A DNA stretch of 64,000 nucleotides from Auanema rhodensis. Its lineage: Eukaryota; Animalia; Nematoda. Below, one piece after another: positions 1-12,700 of this stretch. Both the position numbers and the translations under genes were made by a program. The DNA is taken from assembly GCA_964057225.1 (NCBI GenBank), contig OZ059895.1, forward strand, positions 744,001-808,000. Direction: 5' to 3'. The notes under the pieces are model-generated. The model searched no databases. It was not told the origin of the DNA and saw nothing but the letters and a program-made list of their open reading frames with translations. Every line of letters begins with the position of its first letter. Position 1 is the stretch's first letter.

Positions 1-80
1 GATCGAATGCACTATACTACATTGAGAAACGCTTAATACAAAAATTAGTTATGATCGTTTGAAAAATGATGCATTAGTGT

Positions 81-108
81 ATGTTGAGTTTCCATGTACA
101 CTCAACAT
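81..108. other. Second 9-bp-arm dyad in every monomer (example copy)
   Basis: ATGTTGAGT-TTCCATGTAC-ACTCAACAT. Confidence 0.9.
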
Positions 109-258
109 TGCTTCCAAAAACATTTTGACAAAAATTTTTTCGAAAAATTTCAAAATAATTTAGCAAAAAGTAGATGTTTTTAGATTCCATTTTTCAAGGC
201 AAAGACAATGGACAATGTTATTCAACGAAAAAAATGATTCTTCAGGGTGAAAATCGAG

Positions 259-280
259 GATATAAGTGTGAACTTATATC
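259..280. other. 9-bp-arm dyad in every monomer (example copy)
   Basis: GATATAAGT-GTGA-ACTTATATC. Confidence 0.9.
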
Positions 281-641
281 AGTTGATATCTCGGTGCATT
301 TTAAAGCTAGCGCAAATATGATAACACAGATCGACGCAGCTTAAAAATCCGCATCGAATGCACTATACTACATTGAGAAACGCTTAATACAAAAATTTGT
401 TATGATCGTTTGAAAAATGATGCATTAGTGTATGTTGAGCTTCCATGTACACTCAACATTGCTTCCAAAAACATTTTGACAAAAATTTTTTCGAAACATT
501 TCAAAATAATTTAGCAAAAAGTAGATGTTTTTAGATTCCTTTTTTCAAGGCAAAGACGATGGACAATGTTATTCAACGAAAAAATTAATTCTTCAGGGAG
601 AAAATCGAGGATATAAGTGTGAACTTATATCAGTTGATATC

Positions 642-708
642 TCGGTGCATTTTTAAGCTAGCGCAAATCTGATAACACAGATCGACGCAGCTTAAAAATC
701 CGCATCGA
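642..708. other. 67-nt interrupted inverted repeat present once per monomer (example copy)
   Basis: TCGGTGC-ATTTTTAAGCT-A-GCG-CAA-ATCTG-[ATAACA]-CAGAT-CGA-CGC-AGCTTAAAAAT-CC-GCATCGA, with perfect 11-bp arms at 649-659 and 689-699. Confidence 0.85.
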
Positions 709-3700
709 GTGCACTATACTACATTGAGAAACGCTTAATACAAAAATTAGTTATGATCGTTTGAAAAATGATGCATTAGTGTATGTTGAGTTTCCATGTA
801 CACTCAACATTGCTTCCAAAAACATTTTGACAAAAATTTTTTCGAAAAATTTCAAAATAATGTAGCAAAAAGTAGATGTTTTTAGATTCCTTTTTTCAAG
901 GCGAAGACGATGGACAAAGTTATTCAACGAAAAAATTGATTCTTCAGGGTGAAAATCGAGGATATAAGTGTGAACTTATATCAGTTGATAACTCGGTGCA
1001 TTTTTAAGTTAGCGCAAATCTGATAACACAGATCGACGCAGCTTAAAAATCCGCATCGAATGCACTATACTACATTGAGAAACGCTTAATACAAAAATTA
1101 GTTATGAACGTTTGAAAAATGATGCATTAGTGTATGTTGAGTTTCCATGTACACTCAACATTGCTTCCAAAAACATTTTGACAAAAATTTTTTCGAAACA
1201 TTTCAAAATAATTTAGCAAAAAGTAGATGTTTTTAGATTTCATTTTTCAAGGCAAAGACGATAGACAATGTTATTCAACGAAAAAACTAATTCTTCAGGG
1301 TGAAAATCGAGGATATAAGTGTGAACTTATATCAGTTGATATCTCGGTGCATTTTTAAGCTAGCGCAAATATGATAACACAGATCGACGCAGCTTAAAAA
1401 TCCGCATCGAATGCACTATACTACATTGAGAAACGCTTAATACAAAAATTAGTTATGATCGTTTGAAAAATGATGCATTAGTGTATGTTGAGTTTCCATG
1501 TACACTCAACATTGCTTCCAAAAACATTTTGACAAAAATTTTTTCGAAACATTTCAAAATAATTTAGCAAAAAGTAGATGTTTTTAGATTCCTTTTTTCA
1601 AGGCAAAGACGATGGACAATGTTATTCAACGAAAAAATTAATTCTTCAGGGAGAAAATCGAGGATATAAGTGTGAACTTATATCAGTTGATATCTCGGTC
1701 CATTTTTAAGCTAGCGCAAATCTGATAACACAAATCGACGCAGCTTAAAAATCCGCATCGAATGCACTATACTACATTGAGAAACGCTTAATACAAAAAT
1801 TAGTTATGATCGTTTGAAAAATGATGCATTAGTGTATGTTGAGTTTCCATGTACACTCAACATTGCTTCCAAAAACATTTTGACAAAAATTTTTTCGAAA
1901 CATTTCAAAATAATTTAGCAAAAAGTAGATGTTTTTAGATTCCTTTTTTCAAGGCAAAGACGATGGACAATGTTATTCAACGAAAAAATTAATTCTTCAG
2001 GGTGAAAATCGAGGATATAAGTGTGAACTTATATCAGTTGATATCTCGGTCCATTTTTAAGCTAGCGCAAATCTGATAACACAAATCGACGCAGCTTAAA
2101 AATCCGCATCGAATGCACTATACTACATTGAGAAACGCTTAATACAAAAATTAGTTATGATCGTTTGAAAAATGATGCATTAGTGTATGTTGAGTTTCCA
2201 TGTACACTCAACATTGCTTCCAAAAACATTTTGACAAAAATTTTTTCGAAAAATTTCAAAATAATTTAGCAAAAAGTAGATGTTTTTAGATTCCTTTTTT
2301 TGAGGCAAAGACGATGGACAATGTTATTCAACGAAAAAATTAATTCTTCAGGGTGAAAATTGAGGATATAAGTGTGAACTTATATCAGTTGATATCTCGG
2401 TGCATTTTTAAGTTAGCGCAAATCTGATAACACAGATCGACGCAGCTTAAAAATCCGCATCGAATGCACTATACTACATTGAGAAACGCTTAATACAAAA
2501 ATTAGTTATGATCGTTTGAAAAATGATGCATTAGTGTATGTTGAGTTTCCATGTACACTCAACATTGCTTCCAAAAACATTTTGACAAAAATTTTTTCGA
2601 AAAATTTCAAAATAATTTAGCAAATAGTAGATGTTTTTAGATTCCTTTTTTTGAGGCAAAGACGATGGACAATGTTATTCAACGAAAAAATTAATTCTTC
2701 AGGGTGAAAATCGAGGATATAAGTGTGAACTTATATCAGTTGATATCTCGGTGCATTTTTAAGTTAGCGCAAATCTGATAACACAAATCGACGCAGCTTA
2801 AAAATCCGCATCGAATGCACTATATTACATTGAGAAACGCTTAATACAAAAATTAGTTATGATCGTTTGAAAAATGATGCAATAGTGTATGTTGAGTTTC
2901 CATGTACACTCAACATTGCTTCCAAAAACATTTTGACAAAAATTTTTTCGAAACATTTCAAAATAATTTAGCAAAAAGTAGAAGTTTTTAGATTCCTTTT
3001 TTCAAGGCAAAGACGATGGACAATGTTATTCAACGAAACAATTAATTCTTCAGGGAGAAAATCGAGGATATAAGTGTGAACTTATATCAGTTGATATCTC
3101 GGTGCATTTTTAAGCTAGCGCAAATCTGATAACACAAATCGACGCAGCTTAAAAATCCGCATCGAATGCACTATACTACATTGAGAAACGCTTAATACAA
3201 AAATTAGTTATGATCGTTTGAAAAATGATGCATTAGTGTATGTTGAGTTTCCATGTACACTCAACATTGCTTCCAAAAACATTTTGACAAAAATTTTTTC
3301 GAAAAATTTCAAAATAATTTAGCAAAAAGTAGATGTTTTTAGATTCCTTTTTTTGAGGCAAAGACGATGGACAATGTTATTCAACGAAAAAATTAATTCT
3401 TCAGGGTGAAAATCGAGGATATAAGTGTGAACTTATATCAGTTGATATCTCGGTGCATTTTTAAGTTAGCGCAAATCTGATAACACAAATCGACGCAGCT
3501 TAAAAATCCGCATCGAATGCACTATACTACATTGAGAAACGCTTAATACAAAAATTAGTTATGATCGTTTGAAAAATGATGCAATAGTGTATGTTGAGTT
3601 TCCATGTACACTCAACATTGCTTCCAAAAACATTTTGACAAAAATTTTTTCGAAAAATTTCAAAATAATTTAGCAAAAAGTAGATGTTTTTAGATTCCTT

Positions 3701-6700
3701 TTTTTGAGGCAAAGACGATGGACAATGTTATTCAACGAAAAAATTAATTCTTCAGGGTGAAAATTGAGGATATAAGTGTGAACTTATATCAGTTGATATC
3801 TCGGTGCATTTTTAAGTTAGCGCAAATCTGATAACACAGATCGACGCAGCTTAAAAATCCGCATCGAATGCACTATACTACATTGAGAAACGCTTAATAC
3901 AAAAATTAGTTATGATCGTTTGAAAAATGATGCATTAGTGTATGTTGAGTTTCCATGTACACTCAACATTGCTTCCAAAAACATTTTGACAAAAATTTTT
4001 TCGAAAAATTTCAAAATAATTTAGCAAATAGTAGATGTTTTTAGATTCCTTTTTTTGAGGCAAAGACGATGGACAATGTTATTCAACGAAAAAATTAATT
4101 CTTCAGGGTGAAAATCGAGGATATAAGTGTGAACTTATATCAGTTGATATCTCGGTGCATTTTTAAGTTAGCGCAAATCTGATAACACAAATCGACGCAG
4201 CTTAAAAATCCGCATCGAATGCACTATACTACATTGAGAAACGCTTAATACAAAAATTAGTTATGATCGTTTGAAAAATGATGCAATAGTGTATGTTGAG
4301 TTTCCATGTACACTCAACATTGCTTCCAAAAACATTTTGACAAAAATTTTTTCGAAACATTTCAAAATAATTTAGCAAAAAGTAGAAGTTTTTAGATTCC
4401 TTTTTTCAAGGCAAAGACGATGGACAATGTTATTCAACGAAAAAATTAATTCTTCAGGGAGAAAATCGAGGATATAAGTGTGAACTTATATCAGTTGATA
4501 TCTCGGTGCATTTTTAAGCTAGCGCAAATCTGATAACACAAATCGACGCAGCTTAAAAATCCGCATCGAATGCACTATACTACATTGAGAAACGCTTAAT
4601 ACAAAAATTAGTTATGATCGTTTGAAAAATGATGCATTAGTGTATGTTGAGTTTCCATGTACACTCAACATTGCTTCCAAAAACATTTTGACAAAAATTT
4701 TTTCGAAAAATTTCAAAATAATTTAGCGAAAAGTAGATGTTTTTAGATTCCTTTTTTTGAGGCAAAGACGATGGACAATGTTATTCAACGAAAAAATTAA
4801 TTCTTCAGGGTGAAAATTGAGGATATAAGTGTGAACTTATATCAGTTGATATCTCGGTGCATTTTTAAGTTAGCGCAAATCTGATAACAGAGATCGACGC
4901 AGCTTAAAAATCCGCATCGAATGCACTATACTACATTGAGAAACGCTTAATACAAAAATTAGTTATGATCGTTTGAAAAATGATGCATTAGTGTATGTTG
5001 AGTTTCCATGTACACTCAACATTGCTTCCAAAAACATTTTGACAAAAATTTTTTCGAAACATTTCAAAATAATTTAGCAAAAAGTAGATGTTTTTAGATT
5101 CCTTTTTTTGAGGCAAAGACGATGGACAATGTTATTCAACGAAAAAATTAATTCTTCAGGGTGAAAATCGAGGATATAAGTGTGAACTTATATCAGTTGA
5201 TATCTCGGTGCATTTTTAAGTTAGCGCAAATCTGATAACACAAATCGACGCAGCTTAAAAATCCGCATCGAATGCACTATACTACATTGAGAAACGCTTA
5301 ATACAAAAATTAGTTATGATCGTTGGAAAAATGATGCAATAGTGTATGTTGAGTTTCCATGTACACTCAACATTGCTTCCAAAAACATTTTGACAAAAAT
5401 TTTTTCGAAACATTTCAAAATAATTTAGCAAAAAGTAGAAGTTTTTAGATTCCTTTTTTCAAGGCAAAGACGATGGACAATGTTATTCAACGAAAAAATT
5501 AATTCTTCAGGGAGAAAATCGAGGATATAAGTGTGAACTTATATCAGTTGATATCTCGGTGCATTTTTAAGCTAGCGCAAATCTGATAACACAAATCGAC
5601 GCAGCTTAAAAATCCGCATCGAATGCACTATATTACATTGAGAAACGCTTAATACAAAAATTAGTTATGATCGTTTGAAAAATGATGCATTAGTGTATGT
5701 TGAGTTTCCATGTACACTCAACATTGCTTCCAAAAACATTTTGACAAAAATTTTTTCGAAAAATTTCAAAATAATTTAGCAAAAAGTAAATGTTTTTAGA
5801 TTCCTTTTTTTGAGGCAAAGACGATGGACAATGTTATTCAACGAAAAAATTAATTCTTCAGGGTGAAAATTGAGGATATAAGTGTGAACTTATATCAGTT
5901 GATCTCTCGGTGCATTTTTAAGTTAGCGCAAATCTGATAACACAGATCGACGCAGCTTAAAAATCCGCATCGAATGCACTATACTACATTGAGAAACGCT
6001 TAATACAAAAATTAGTTATGATCGTTTGAAAAATGATGCATTAGTGTATGTTGAGTTTCCATGTACACTCAACATTGCTTCCAAAAACATTTTGACAAAA
6101 ATTTTTTCGAAACATTTCAAAATAATTTAGCAAAAAGTAGAAGTTTTTAGATTCCTTTTTTCAAGGCAAAGACGATGGACAATGTTATTCAACGAAAAAA
6201 TTAATTCTTCAGGGTGAAAATTGAGGATATAAGTGTGAACTTATATCAGTTGATATCTCGGTGCATTTTTAAGTTAGCGCAAATCTGATAACAGAGATCG
6301 ACGCAGCTTAAAAATCCGCATCGAATGCACTATACTACATTGAGAAACGCTTAATACAAAAATTAGTTATGATCGTTTGAAAAATGATGCATTAGTGTAT
6401 GTTGAGTTTCCATGTACACTCAACATTGCTTCCAAAAACATTTTGACAAAAATTTTTTCGAAACATTTCAAAATAATTTAGCAAAAAGTAGATGTTTTTA
6501 GATTCCTTTTTTTGAGGCAAAGACGATGGACAATGTTATTCAACGAAAAAATTAATTCTTCAGGGTGAAAATCGAGGATATAAGTGTGAACTTATATCAG
6601 TTGATATCTCGGTGCATTTTTAAGTTAGCGCAAATCTGATAACACAAATCGACGCAGCTTAAAAATCCGCATCGAATGCACTATACTACATTGAGAAACG

Positions 6701-9700
6701 CTTAATACAAAAATTAGTTATGATCGTTTGAAAAATGATGCAATAGTGTATGTTGAGTTTCCATGTACACTCAACATTGCTTCCAAAAACATTTTGACAA
6801 AAATTTTTTCGAAACATTTCAAAATAATTTAGCAAAAAGTAGAAGTTTTTAGATTCCTTTTTTCAAGGCAAAGACGATGGACAATGTTATTCAACGAAAA
6901 AATTAATTCTTCAGGGAGAAAATCGAGGATATAAGTGTGAACTTATATCAGTTGATATCTCGGTGCATTTTTAAGCTAGCGCAAATCTGATAACACAAAT
7001 CGACGCAGCTTAAAAATCCGCATCGAATGCACTATACTACATTGAGAAACGCTTAATACAAAAATTAGTTATGATCGTTTGAAAAATGATGCAATAGTGT
7101 ATGTTGAGTTTCCATGTACACTCAACATTGCTTCCAAAAACATTTTGACAAAAATTTTTTCGAAACATTTCAAAATAATTTAGCAAAAAGTAGAAGTTTT
7201 TAGATTCCTTTTTTCAAGGCAAAGACGATGGACAATGTTATTCAACGAAAAAATTAATTCTTCAGGGAGAAAATCGAGGATATAAGTGTGAACTTATATC
7301 AGTTGATATCTCGGTGCATTTTTAAGCTAGCGCAAATCTGATAACACAAATCGACGCAGCTTAAAAATCCGCATCGAATGCACTATACTACATTGAGAAA
7401 CGCTTAATACAAAAATTAGTTATGATCGTTTGAAAAATGATGCATTAGTGTATGTTGAGTTTCCATGTACACTCAACATTGCTTCCAAAAACATTTTGAC
7501 AAAAATTTTTTCGAAAAATTTCAAAATAATTTAGCAAAAAGTAAATGTTTTTAGATTCCTTTTTTTGAGGCAAAGACGATGGACAATGTTATTCAACGAA
7601 AAAATTAATTCTTCAGGGTGAAAATTGAGGATATAAGTGTGAACTTATATCAGTTGATCTCTCGGTGCATTTTTAAGTTAGCGCAAATCTGATAACACAG
7701 ATCGACGCAGCTTAAAAATCCGCATCGAATGCACTATACTACATTGAGAAACGCTTAATACAAAAATTAGTTATGATCGTTTGAAAAATGATGCATTAGT
7801 GTATGTTGAGTTTCCATGTACACTCAACATTGCTTCCAAAAACATTTTGACAAAAATTTTTTCGAAACATTTCAAAATAATTTAGCAAAAAGTAGATGTT
7901 TTTAGATTTCTTTTTTTGAGGCAAAGACGATGGACAATGTTATTCAACGAAAAAATTAATTCTTCAGGGTGAAAATCGAGGATATAAGTGTGAACTTATA
8001 TCAGTTGATATCTCGGTGCATTTTTAAGTTAGCGCAAATCTGATAACACAAATCGACGCAGCTTAAAAATCCGCATCGATTGCACTATACTACATTGAGA
8101 AACGCTTAATACAAAAATTAGTTATGATCGTTTGAAAAATGATGCATTAGTGTATGTTGAGTTTCCATGTACACTCAACATTGCTTCCAAAAACATTTTG
8201 ACAAAAATTTTTTCGAAACATTTCAAAATAATTTAGCAAAAAGTAGAAGTTTTTAGATTCCTTTTTTCAAGGCAAAGACGATGGACAATGTTATTCAACG
8301 AAAAAATTAATTCTTCAGGGAGAAAATCGAGGATATAAGTGTGAACTTATATCAGTTGATATCTCGGTGCATTTTTAAGCTAGCGCAAATCTGATAACAC
8401 AAATCGACGCAGCTTAAAAATCCGCATCGAATGCACTATACTACATTGAGAAACGCTTAATACAAAAATTAGTTATGATCGTTTGAAAAATGATGCATTA
8501 GTGTATGTTGAGTTTCCATGTACACTCAACATTGCTTCCAAAAACATTTTGACAAAAATTTTTTCGAAAAATTTCAAAATAATTTAGCAAAAAGTAAATG
8601 TTTTTAGATTCCTTTTTTTGAGGCAAAGACGATGGACAATGTTATTCAACGAAAAAATTAATTCTTCAGGGTGAAAATTGAGGATATAAGTGTGAACTTA
8701 TATCAGTTGATCTCTCGGTGCATTTTTAAGTTAGCGCAAATCTGATAACACAGATCGACGCAGCTTAAAAATCCGCATCGAATGCACTATACTACATTGA
8801 GAAACGCTTAATACAAAAATTAGTTATGATCGTTTGAAAAATGATGCATTAGTGTATGTTGAGTTTCCATGTACACTCAACATTGCTTCCAAAAACATTT
8901 TGACAAAAATTTTTTCGAAACATTTCAAAATAATTTAGCAAAAAGTAGATGTTTTTAGATTTCTTTTTTTGAGGCAAAGACGATGGACAATGTTATTCAA
9001 CGAAAAAATTAATTCTTCAGGGTGAAAATCGAGGATATAAGTGTGAACTTATATCAGTTGATATCTCGGTGCATTTTTAAGTTAGCGCAAATCTGATAAC
9101 ACAAATCGACGCAGCTTAAAAATCCGCATCGAATGCACTATACTACATTGAGAAACGCTTAATACAAAAATTAGTTATGATCGTTTGAAAAATGATGCAA
9201 TAGTGTATGTTGAGTTTCCATGTACACTCAACATTGCTTCCAAAAACATTTTGACAAAAATTTTTTCGAAACATTTCAAAATAATTTAGCAAAAAGTAGA
9301 TGTTTTTAGATTCCTTTTTTCGAGGCAAAGACGATGGACAATGTTATTCAACGAAAAAATTAATTCTTCAGGGAGAAAATCGAGGATATAAGTGTGAACT
9401 TATATCAGTTGATATCTCGGTGCATTTTTAAGCTAGCGCAAATCTGATAACACAAATCGACGCAGCTTAAAAATCCGCATCGAATGCACTATACTACATT
9501 GAGAAACGCTTAATACAAAAATTAGTTATGATCGTTTGAAAAATGATGCATTAGTGTATGTTGAGTTTCCATGTACACTCAACATTGCTTCCAAAAACAT
9601 TTTGACAAAAATTTTTTCGAAAAATTTCAAAATAATTTAGCAAAAAGTAGATGTTTTTAGATTTCATTTTTCAAGGCAAAGACGATAGACAATGTTATTC

Positions 9701-12700
9701 AACGAAAAAATTGATTCTTCAGGGTGAAAATCGAGGATATAAGTGTGAACTTATATCAGTTGATATCTCGGTGCATTTTTAAGCTAGCGCAAATCTGATA
9801 ACACAGATCGACGCAGCTTAAAAATCCGCATCGAATGCACTATACTACATTGAGAAACGCTTAATACAAAAATTAGTTATGATCGTTTGAAAAATGATGC
9901 ATTAGTGTATGTTGAGTTTCCATGTACACTCAACATTGCTTCCAAAAACATTTTGACAAAAATTTTTTCGAAAAATTTCAAAATAATTTAGCAAAAAGTA
10001 GATGTTTTTAGATTCCATTTTTCAAGGCAAAGACAATGGACAATGTTATTCAACGAAAAAAATGATTCTTCAGGGTGAAAATCGAGGATATAAGTGTGAA
10101 CTTATATCAGTTGATATCTCGGTGCATTTTTAAGCTAGCGCAAATATGATAACACAGATCGACGCAGCTTAAAAATCCGCATCGAATGCACTATACTACA
10201 TTGAGAAACGCTTAATACAAAAATTTGTTATGATCGTTTGAAAAATGATGCATTAGTGTATGTTGAGTTTCCATGTACACTCAACATTGCTTCCAAAAAC
10301 ATTTTGACAAAAATTTTTTCGAAAAATTTCAAAATAATTTAGCAAAAAGTAGATGTTTTTAGATTCCTTTTTTCAAGGCAAAGACGATGGACAATGTTAT
10401 TCAACGAAAAAATTAATTCTTCAGGGAGAAAATCGAGGATATAAGTGTGAACTTATATCAGTTGATATCTCGGTGCATTTTTAAGCTAGCGCAAATCTGA
10501 TAACACAGATCGACGCAGCTTAAAAATCCGCATCGAGTGCACTATACTACATTGAGAAACGCTTAATACAAAAATTAGTTATGATCGTTTGAAAAATGAT
10601 GCATTAGTGTATGTTGAGTTTCCATGTACACTCAACATTGCTTCCAAAAACATTTTGACAAAAATTTTTTCGAAAAATTTCAAAATAATTTAGCAAAAAG
10701 TAGATGTTTTTAGATTCCATTTTTCAAGGCAAAGACAATGGACAATGTTATTCAACGAAAAAAATGATTCTTCAGGGTGAAAATCGAGGATATAAGTGTG
10801 AACTTATATCAGTTGATATCTCGGTGCATTTTTAAGCTAGCGCAAATATGATAACACAGATCGACGCAGCTTAAAAATCCGCATCGAATGCACTATACTA
10901 CATTGAGAAACGCTTAATACAAAAATTTGTTATGATCGTTTGAAAAATGATGCATTAGTGTATGTTGAGTTTCCATGTACACTCAACATTGCTTCCAAAA
11001 ACATTTTGACAAAAATTTTTTCGAAACATTTCAAAATAATTTAGCAAAAAGTAGATGTTTTTAGATTCCTTTTTTCAAGGCAAAGACGATGGACAATGTT
11101 ATTCAACGAAAAAATTAATTCTTCAGGGTGAAAATCGAGGATATAAGTGTGAACTTATATCAGTTGATATCTCGGTGCATTTTTAAGCTAGCGCAAATCT
11201 GATAACACAAATCGACGCAGCTTAAAAATCCGCATCGAATGCACTATACTACATTGAGAAACGCTTAATACAAAAATTAGTTATGATCGTTTGAAAAATG
11301 ATGCATTAGTGTATGTTGAGTTTCCATGTACACTCAACATTGCTTCCAAAAACATTTTGACAAAAATTTTTTCGAAAAATTTCAAAATAATTTAGCAAAA
11401 AGTAGATGTTTTTAGATTCCTTTTTTCAAGGCAAAGACGATGGACAATGTTATTCAACGAAAAAATTAATTCTTCAGGGAGAAAATCGAGGATATAAGTG
11501 TGAACTTATATCAGTTGATATCTCGGTGCATTTTTAAGCTAGCGCAAATCTGATAACACAAATCGACGCAGCTTAAAAATCCGCATCGAATGCACTATAC
11601 TACATTGAGAAACGCTTAATACAAAAATTAGTTATGATCGTTTGAAAAATGATGCAATAGTGTATGTTGAGTTTCCATGTACACTCAACATTGCTTCCAA
11701 AAACATTTTGACAAAAATTTTTTCGAAAAATTTCAAAATAATTTAGCAAAAAGTAGATGTTTTTAGATTTCATTTTTCAAGGCAAAGACGATAGACAATG
11801 TTATTCAACGAAAAAATTAATTCTTCAGGGTGAAAATCGAGGATATAAGTGTGAACTTATATCAGTTGATATCTCGGTGCATTTTTAAGCTAGCGCAAAT
11901 CTGATAACACAGATCGACGCAGCTTAAAAATCCGCATCGAATGCACTATACTACATTGAGAAACGCTTAATACAAAAATTTGTTATGATCGTTTGAAAAA
12001 TGATGCATTAGTGTATGTTGAGTTTCCATGTACACTCAACATTGCTTCCAAAAACATTTTGACAAAAATTTTTTCGAAACATTTCAAAATAATTTAGCAA
12101 AAAGTAGATGTTTTTAGATTCCTTTTTTCAAGGCAAAGACGATGGACAATGTTATTCAACGAAAAAATTAATTCTTCAGGGAGAAAATCGAGGATATAAG
12201 TGTGAACTTATATCAGTTGATATCTCGGTGCATTTTTAAGCTAGCGCAAATCTGATAACACAAATCGACGCAGCTTAAAAATCCGCATCGAATGCACTAT
12301 ACTACATTGAGAAACGCTTAATACAAAAATTAGTTATGATCGTTTGAAAAATGATGCAATAGTGTATGTTGAGTTTCCATGTACACTCAACATTGCTTCC
12401 AAAAACATTTTGACAAAAATTTTTTCGAAAAATTTCAAAATAATTTAGCAAAAAGTAGATGTTTTTAGATTTCATTTTTCAAGGCAAAGACGATAGACAA
12501 TGTTATTCAACGAAAAAATTAATTCTTCAGGGTGAAAATCGAGGATATAAGTGTGAACTTATATCAGTTGATATCTCGGTGCATTTTTAAGCTAGCGCAA
12601 ATCTGATAACACAGATCGACGCAGCTTAAAAATCCGCATCGAATGCACTATACTACATTGAGAAACGCTTAATACAAAAATTTGTTATGATCGTTTGAAA

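Noticed and set aside
214-232. CENP-B box-like sequence (minus strand TTTCGTTGAA)
   Set aside because: Lacks the essential CGGG half of the NTTCGNNNNANNCGGGN consensus.
190-250. Hammerhead ribozyme as in newt, schistosome or cave-cricket satellites (minus-strand CTGAAGA fits CUGANGA)
   Set aside because: No stem II closed by GAAA follows it and no matching stems I/III were found. The plus-strand CTGATAA breaks the core consensus. An Infernal search would settle it.
2-352. Monomer as a dimer of ~175-bp subunits, or as a 5S/tRNA/snRNA/SL gene repeat
   Set aside because: No similarity between the halves visible by eye and no recognisable RNA gene; not tested computationally.
3527-3712. 61-aa minus-strand ORFs (also 9143-9328, 26222-26407, 31485-31670) as genes
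   Set aside because: TTG start, low-complexity translation of satellite, and closed by stop codons in all other monomers; explained by a chance combination of two alleles.
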